A stretch of DNA of 64,000 nucleotides from Octopus sinensis (Eukaryota): assembly GCF_006345805.1 (NCBI RefSeq), contig NC_043000.1, positions 132,680,001-132,744,000 on the forward strand, read 5' to 3'. The notes beneath the pieces are model-generated. The model was not told the origin of the DNA, ran no database searches, and saw nothing but the letters and a program-made list of their open reading frames with translations. The position numbers and the translations under genes are program-made. This document shows positions 61,801-64,000 of the stretch, piece after piece; position 1 is the stretch's first letter; the number at the start of each line of letters is the position of its first letter.

Positions 61801-62757
61801 TACAATGTATTAATAAACAGAATAAAGCCATATATATATGTTTCTTTGATCTTTTATATTTATACAATAAAGCAAATATATTCTTTGAGAAATCTATATT
61901 TCTATTAAGAATTAGACCTTGAAACTAATATCTGTACAATTTTGATGGCATACAGATTTTTTTAGAGATTATAAAAATGCATAGAAATTGAAGTTTTTTC
62001 ATGGGTGAGAATAAATTAAATATGGGTCAGAGAACATAATCCACACAAAGTTGCACATTGCATCAAATTCTTTCTGAAACAGTTAAATGATGATAGCAAA
62101 TTGTAAGGTATGAGTCATGAGTTCATTGTGAGTGCATTAGATCTTTAATCTTCTGAATCACAAATATCTATAAATTATTATTCTATGTAATGCAAGTATA
62201 AAAAAAAATGGAACTAGTATATTTTTCCATAATCATAAATATTTGCCAATAACTGATTAGTAATATAGAGATAAAGGAGCTGTTTTTTCCTCAAACATTA
62301 GTGACATGAGTGAATTAGTTTCAATCAAAAATGGAGATTAGGCTGTAAACCTGACTGCTCATTATCTGCTATGTAAGGTTCATCATATAAAATACAAATG
62401 ACAAAGCCATGTTTAAATAGTGACAAAATAGGGAAGTGTTGGTAAAGTGTTGGTTGAATGAGAGAGGAACAGCAAAAAAAAAAAAAAATCTCAAGTGAGG
62501 CCAGACCCATTTGGATTTTAGTATTCTCTAAGTAGATTGTAAACAGAATGAACCCTTCCTGGCTGATATATGCAATATAAAATAATGGGAAATAGAGGAA
62601 AACAGCTAGTTAGGTTGGAAATACAATTGATGAATGTGTATGCATGAAAGGAAAGGAAACAAGAGGTAAGCTAACTCATTCAAAAAGAAATGTCTCAAAT
62701 AAATTTGATGGTCATTATAATAATTATATATTATAGTGAGTTACAAAATTTGCTTAC

Positions 62758-62832
62758 CTCCCCCCCATTCTCAGAGCTGTTCATATCTGTATACAAATAT
62801 TCTTTTTTGACGTGAACCCTCCGAGAGGGGAC
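62758..62832 (-). CDS. TFCP2: TFCP2/LSF-like transcription factor, 75-nt phase 0-0 exon (VPSRRVHVKKEYLYTDMNSSENGGE), possibly a cassette exon
   Basis: Acceptor ...tttcttgtag and donor GAG|gtaagc. It is open only in frame 0 and in phase with the next exon (IPLEQ). There is no recognisable homology in the peptide itself, so assignment rests on splice sites and phase. Confidence 0.65.
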
Positions 62833-64000
62833 CTACAAGAAATTTCCAAAGTTCAACTTTGACGCATATTTAAAAAAAGCAAACAAACAAACAAACATAT
62901 TTTGAAGTAGACTGTGTATGTGCATGTGTATATAGATATAAATATATATTGTATAAAATATATTAGAATATAATATATATTTTTATATAATATATTTAAT
63001 CCATGTTACACAATATATTTGTTATATAATATGCAATGTAAATTATATATATTAAATTATCAATGAATTTTAACTTTTTAATGTGTATTTCCACATTCAA
63101 GGTAATCTAATAATATGTATTAAAAGATTAAAATAAAATATCACAACGGAAAGGACAAAATAAAGTACTAAGGCTGCCTAAAGAAAAAAAAACCATTTTG
63201 TAAGGGATATAGAAGTGATATTGGTGTTTATATCAAAATCAGTAGATTGCTGGTATGTATCTTAACCATAGGAAGACAAAAGCCAGTCAAACCTAACAGT
63301 GCTTAGACACAGAACAATAAACAACTGAAATACAACAAAACATGCTTGGATTAGGTATAGTCATTGCAATTGCTTATGTCCAAAATATTATAGTCCAATT
63401 TAATTACTGTTTAACAGTAACTTAATTACTGTTTAACCTTGCAAGGATGAGAGGAAGAGTCAATTCCAACAAGGTTTTCATTCAGAACCATATAGTACCA
63501 TATAAGGACACTAAATTAAACCATTTCAACAATCCACTGAACTGACTTTTTTGACCACCATAAATATTTAAAAAAGAAAAATCTTTCTTGAATTGACATG
63601 GCACAGAGATTGATGCTTTTGGGCAGAGGCGCACAACTGAGAAAACAGTATCCCAGTCTTCCATAAGGATGTATATAAATTACTCCATCTTTGAATTGAG
63701 AAGATATAGGCACTTACATGTTCAAAGACTATAACATTATTCTGCTCTTGAATTAAAACTCTAAACTACTGATGATGAGGGCATTCTGACAGCTTCTAAT
63801 TTCAACTTAGGCCCCCTCAACAATTTTTAGAAACTCAAACAAATACACCATAAACTAGTTAGATCAGTACTAATGCTCAACACCAAAGTTTTTAGAAGTA
63901 ACTATTATCGAAATTATAAATTAATTCCCAATGGATATTTTATGAACACAAAACAAAGTTTATATACAAAAGTTTTCCTAGGTCATAACAAGCAAAATAT

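Noticed and set aside
63719-63760. Possible 42-nt phase 0-0 microexon on the minus strand (SFNSRADNVIVFEH) with a perfect GTAAGT donor
   Set aside because: The acceptor has no polypyrimidine tract and the peptide has no TFCP2 similarity. It needs RNA-seq support.

Overview
AT-rich, repeat-dense eukaryotic DNA, most likely an octopus or other coleoid cephalopod. This is inferred from the SINE families and the long (TA)n tracts, not from a database match. There is no prokaryotic-type content (no CRISPR, rRNA or operons). One host gene is recognisable: the 3' half of a TFCP2/LSF/UBP1 (CP2-family, Drosophila gemini-like) transcription factor on the minus strand. I could thread ten GT-AG exons in phase from 62832 to the stop at 42100. 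A probable long 3' UTR runs down to about 35.5 kb, and the DNA-binding-domain exons lie beyond the right edge. The left 33 kb is a transposon graveyard: a near full-length CR1-type LINE whose ORF1 has two CCCH zinc fingers, a full-length frameshifted mariner, Gypsy protease/RT and integrase fragments, a solo LTR, Helitrons, MITEs, RTE/Tx1 fragments, a tRNA-Gln pseudogene and four SINE-like families. Several Penelope-like ends carry hammerhead ribozyme motifs, one with a fully canonical core at 8817-8927. Other notable items are a 423-bp near-perfect palindrome, several locally templated duplications, a 75-nt in-frame basic exon where mammalian UBP1 has its LBP-1b cassette, and many inverted repeat pairs in the TFCP2 introns. 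I found no clearly new multi-gene system. The best candidates for novelty are the ribozyme-bearing elements, the cassette exon and the CCCH-type ORF1. Coordinates were read by hand, so boundaries of decayed repeats are approximate.
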